Positions 63,007 to 63,894 of a DNA stretch of 63,894 nucleotides are shown here, piece by piece. The position numbers and the translations under genes were made by a program. Each line of letters begins with the position of its first letter. Position 1 is the first letter of the stretch. The notes beneath the pieces are model-generated. The model made no database searches and was not told the DNA's origin. It worked only from the letters and a program-made list of their open reading frames with translations. The stretch comes from Octopus bimaculoides (Eukaryota): NCBI RefSeq assembly GCF_001194135.2, contig NC_069007.1, positions 5,754,146 to 5,818,039 of the forward strand, written 5' to 3'.

Positions 63007-63389
63007 GTTGGCACTCCGTCGCTTACGTCGGCGAGGGTTCCAGTTGATCCGATCAATGGAACAACGTGCTCGTGAAATTAACGTGCAAATGGCTGAGCAC
63101 TCCACAGACACGTGTACCTTTAATGTAGTTCTCGGGGATATTCAGCGTGACACAGAGTGTGACAAGGCTGACCCTTTGAATTACAGGCACAACAGAAACA
63201 GGAAGAAAGAGCGAGAGAAAGTTGTGGTGAAAGAGTACAGCAGGGTTCGCCACCATCCCCTGCCGGAGCCTCGTGGAGCTTTAGGTGTTTTCACTCAATA
63301 AACACTCACAACGCCCGGTCTGGCAATCGGAACCGAGATTCTGTGACCGCGAGTCCGCTGCCCTAACCACTGGGCCATTGCGCCTCCAC
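63007..63389 (-). mobile_element. SINE family B, full length
   Basis: Direct match. Confidence 0.92.
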
Positions 63390-63394
63390 TCCAC

Positions 63395-63597
63395 TCAGCC
63401 GGCAAAATGAGTGCATACCTGTAATTCAAAGGGGCCAGCCTTGTTATATTCTGTGTCACGTTGAATCTCCCTGAGAACTACATTAAGGGTACACGTGTCT
63501 GTGGATTGCTCAGTCACTTGCATGTTGATTTTAGGAGCAGGCTGATCCGTTGATCGGATCAACTGGAACCCTGGACGTCGTGAATGATGGGGTTGCC
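63395..63597 (+). mobile_element. SINE fragment with an E-type CORE motif and a family B tail
   Basis: ctcagccggcaaaatgagt followed by cctgtaattcaaaggg...gatcggatcaactggaaccc. Confidence 0.7.
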
Positions 63598-63780
63598 AGG
63601 TAAATGTCAAAGCAACGCAAATAAAGAAGCAATGCATTTCAGAGAATAATCTGAAGGGTGAATAGATGTTACCCAGGTTCCATCTGTGGCGAGAGGAACA
63701 AGGATTAGACAGCCCAGAATAGGAATCATTGCATCCAACGTGCCAGAATATTGAAGGCACAGAAAATAAGATGGAAGAGG

Positions 63781-63894
63781 AGGAGGAGGAAAGAAAACGA
63801 GGGAGGAGGAAAGACAACGAGGGAGGAGGAAAGATAACGAGGGAGGAGGAAAGACAACGAGGGAGGAGGAAAGACAACGAGGGAGGAGGAAAGA
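63781..63894 (+). repeat. 20-bp minisatellite (gggaggaggaaagacaacga), about 5.7 units
   Basis: Direct inspection; runs off the window. Confidence 0.95.

Noticed and set aside
358-63877. The many long ORFs in the six-frame track (poly-I/N/L/X and YIYI/HTHT types)
   Set aside because: They are translations of microsatellites, N-gaps or SINE copies. The same peptides (e.g. TRLWSARGYSRRHLPKVPR) recur with each SINE copy.

Overview
This is repeat-saturated, AT-rich animal genomic DNA from a gapped draft assembly, with 13 N-gaps starting at about 497, 6687, 11416, 12940, 14620, 16890, 19328, 22485, 25618, 29213, 43195, 48883 and 53278. The SINE families and extreme microsatellite density suggest a coleoid cephalopod, most likely Octopus. 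That is an inference from memory, not a database result. Almost all ORFs in the supplied track are artefacts of microsatellites, gaps or SINEs. The supportable content is: (1) at least five tRNA-derived SINE families in dozens of copies, which I label A-E; (2) fossils of Tx1/L1-like, CR1/Jockey-like, RTE, R4/Dong-like and HERO/NeSL-like LINEs; (3) a full-length decayed DD34D mariner, a second mariner fragment, and mariner- and hAT-type MITEs; (4) a few short minus-strand exons with strong splice signals, including a probable signal-peptide exon at 256-361, none assignable to a named gene; (5) a recurring class of short inverted-repeat elements carrying minimal type I hammerhead-ribozyme motifs, probably Penelope-like retroelement derivatives. 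The last class is the most interesting signal. No rRNA, true tRNA or CRISPR array is seen. Repeat boundaries were read by eye and may be off by about 10-20 nt.
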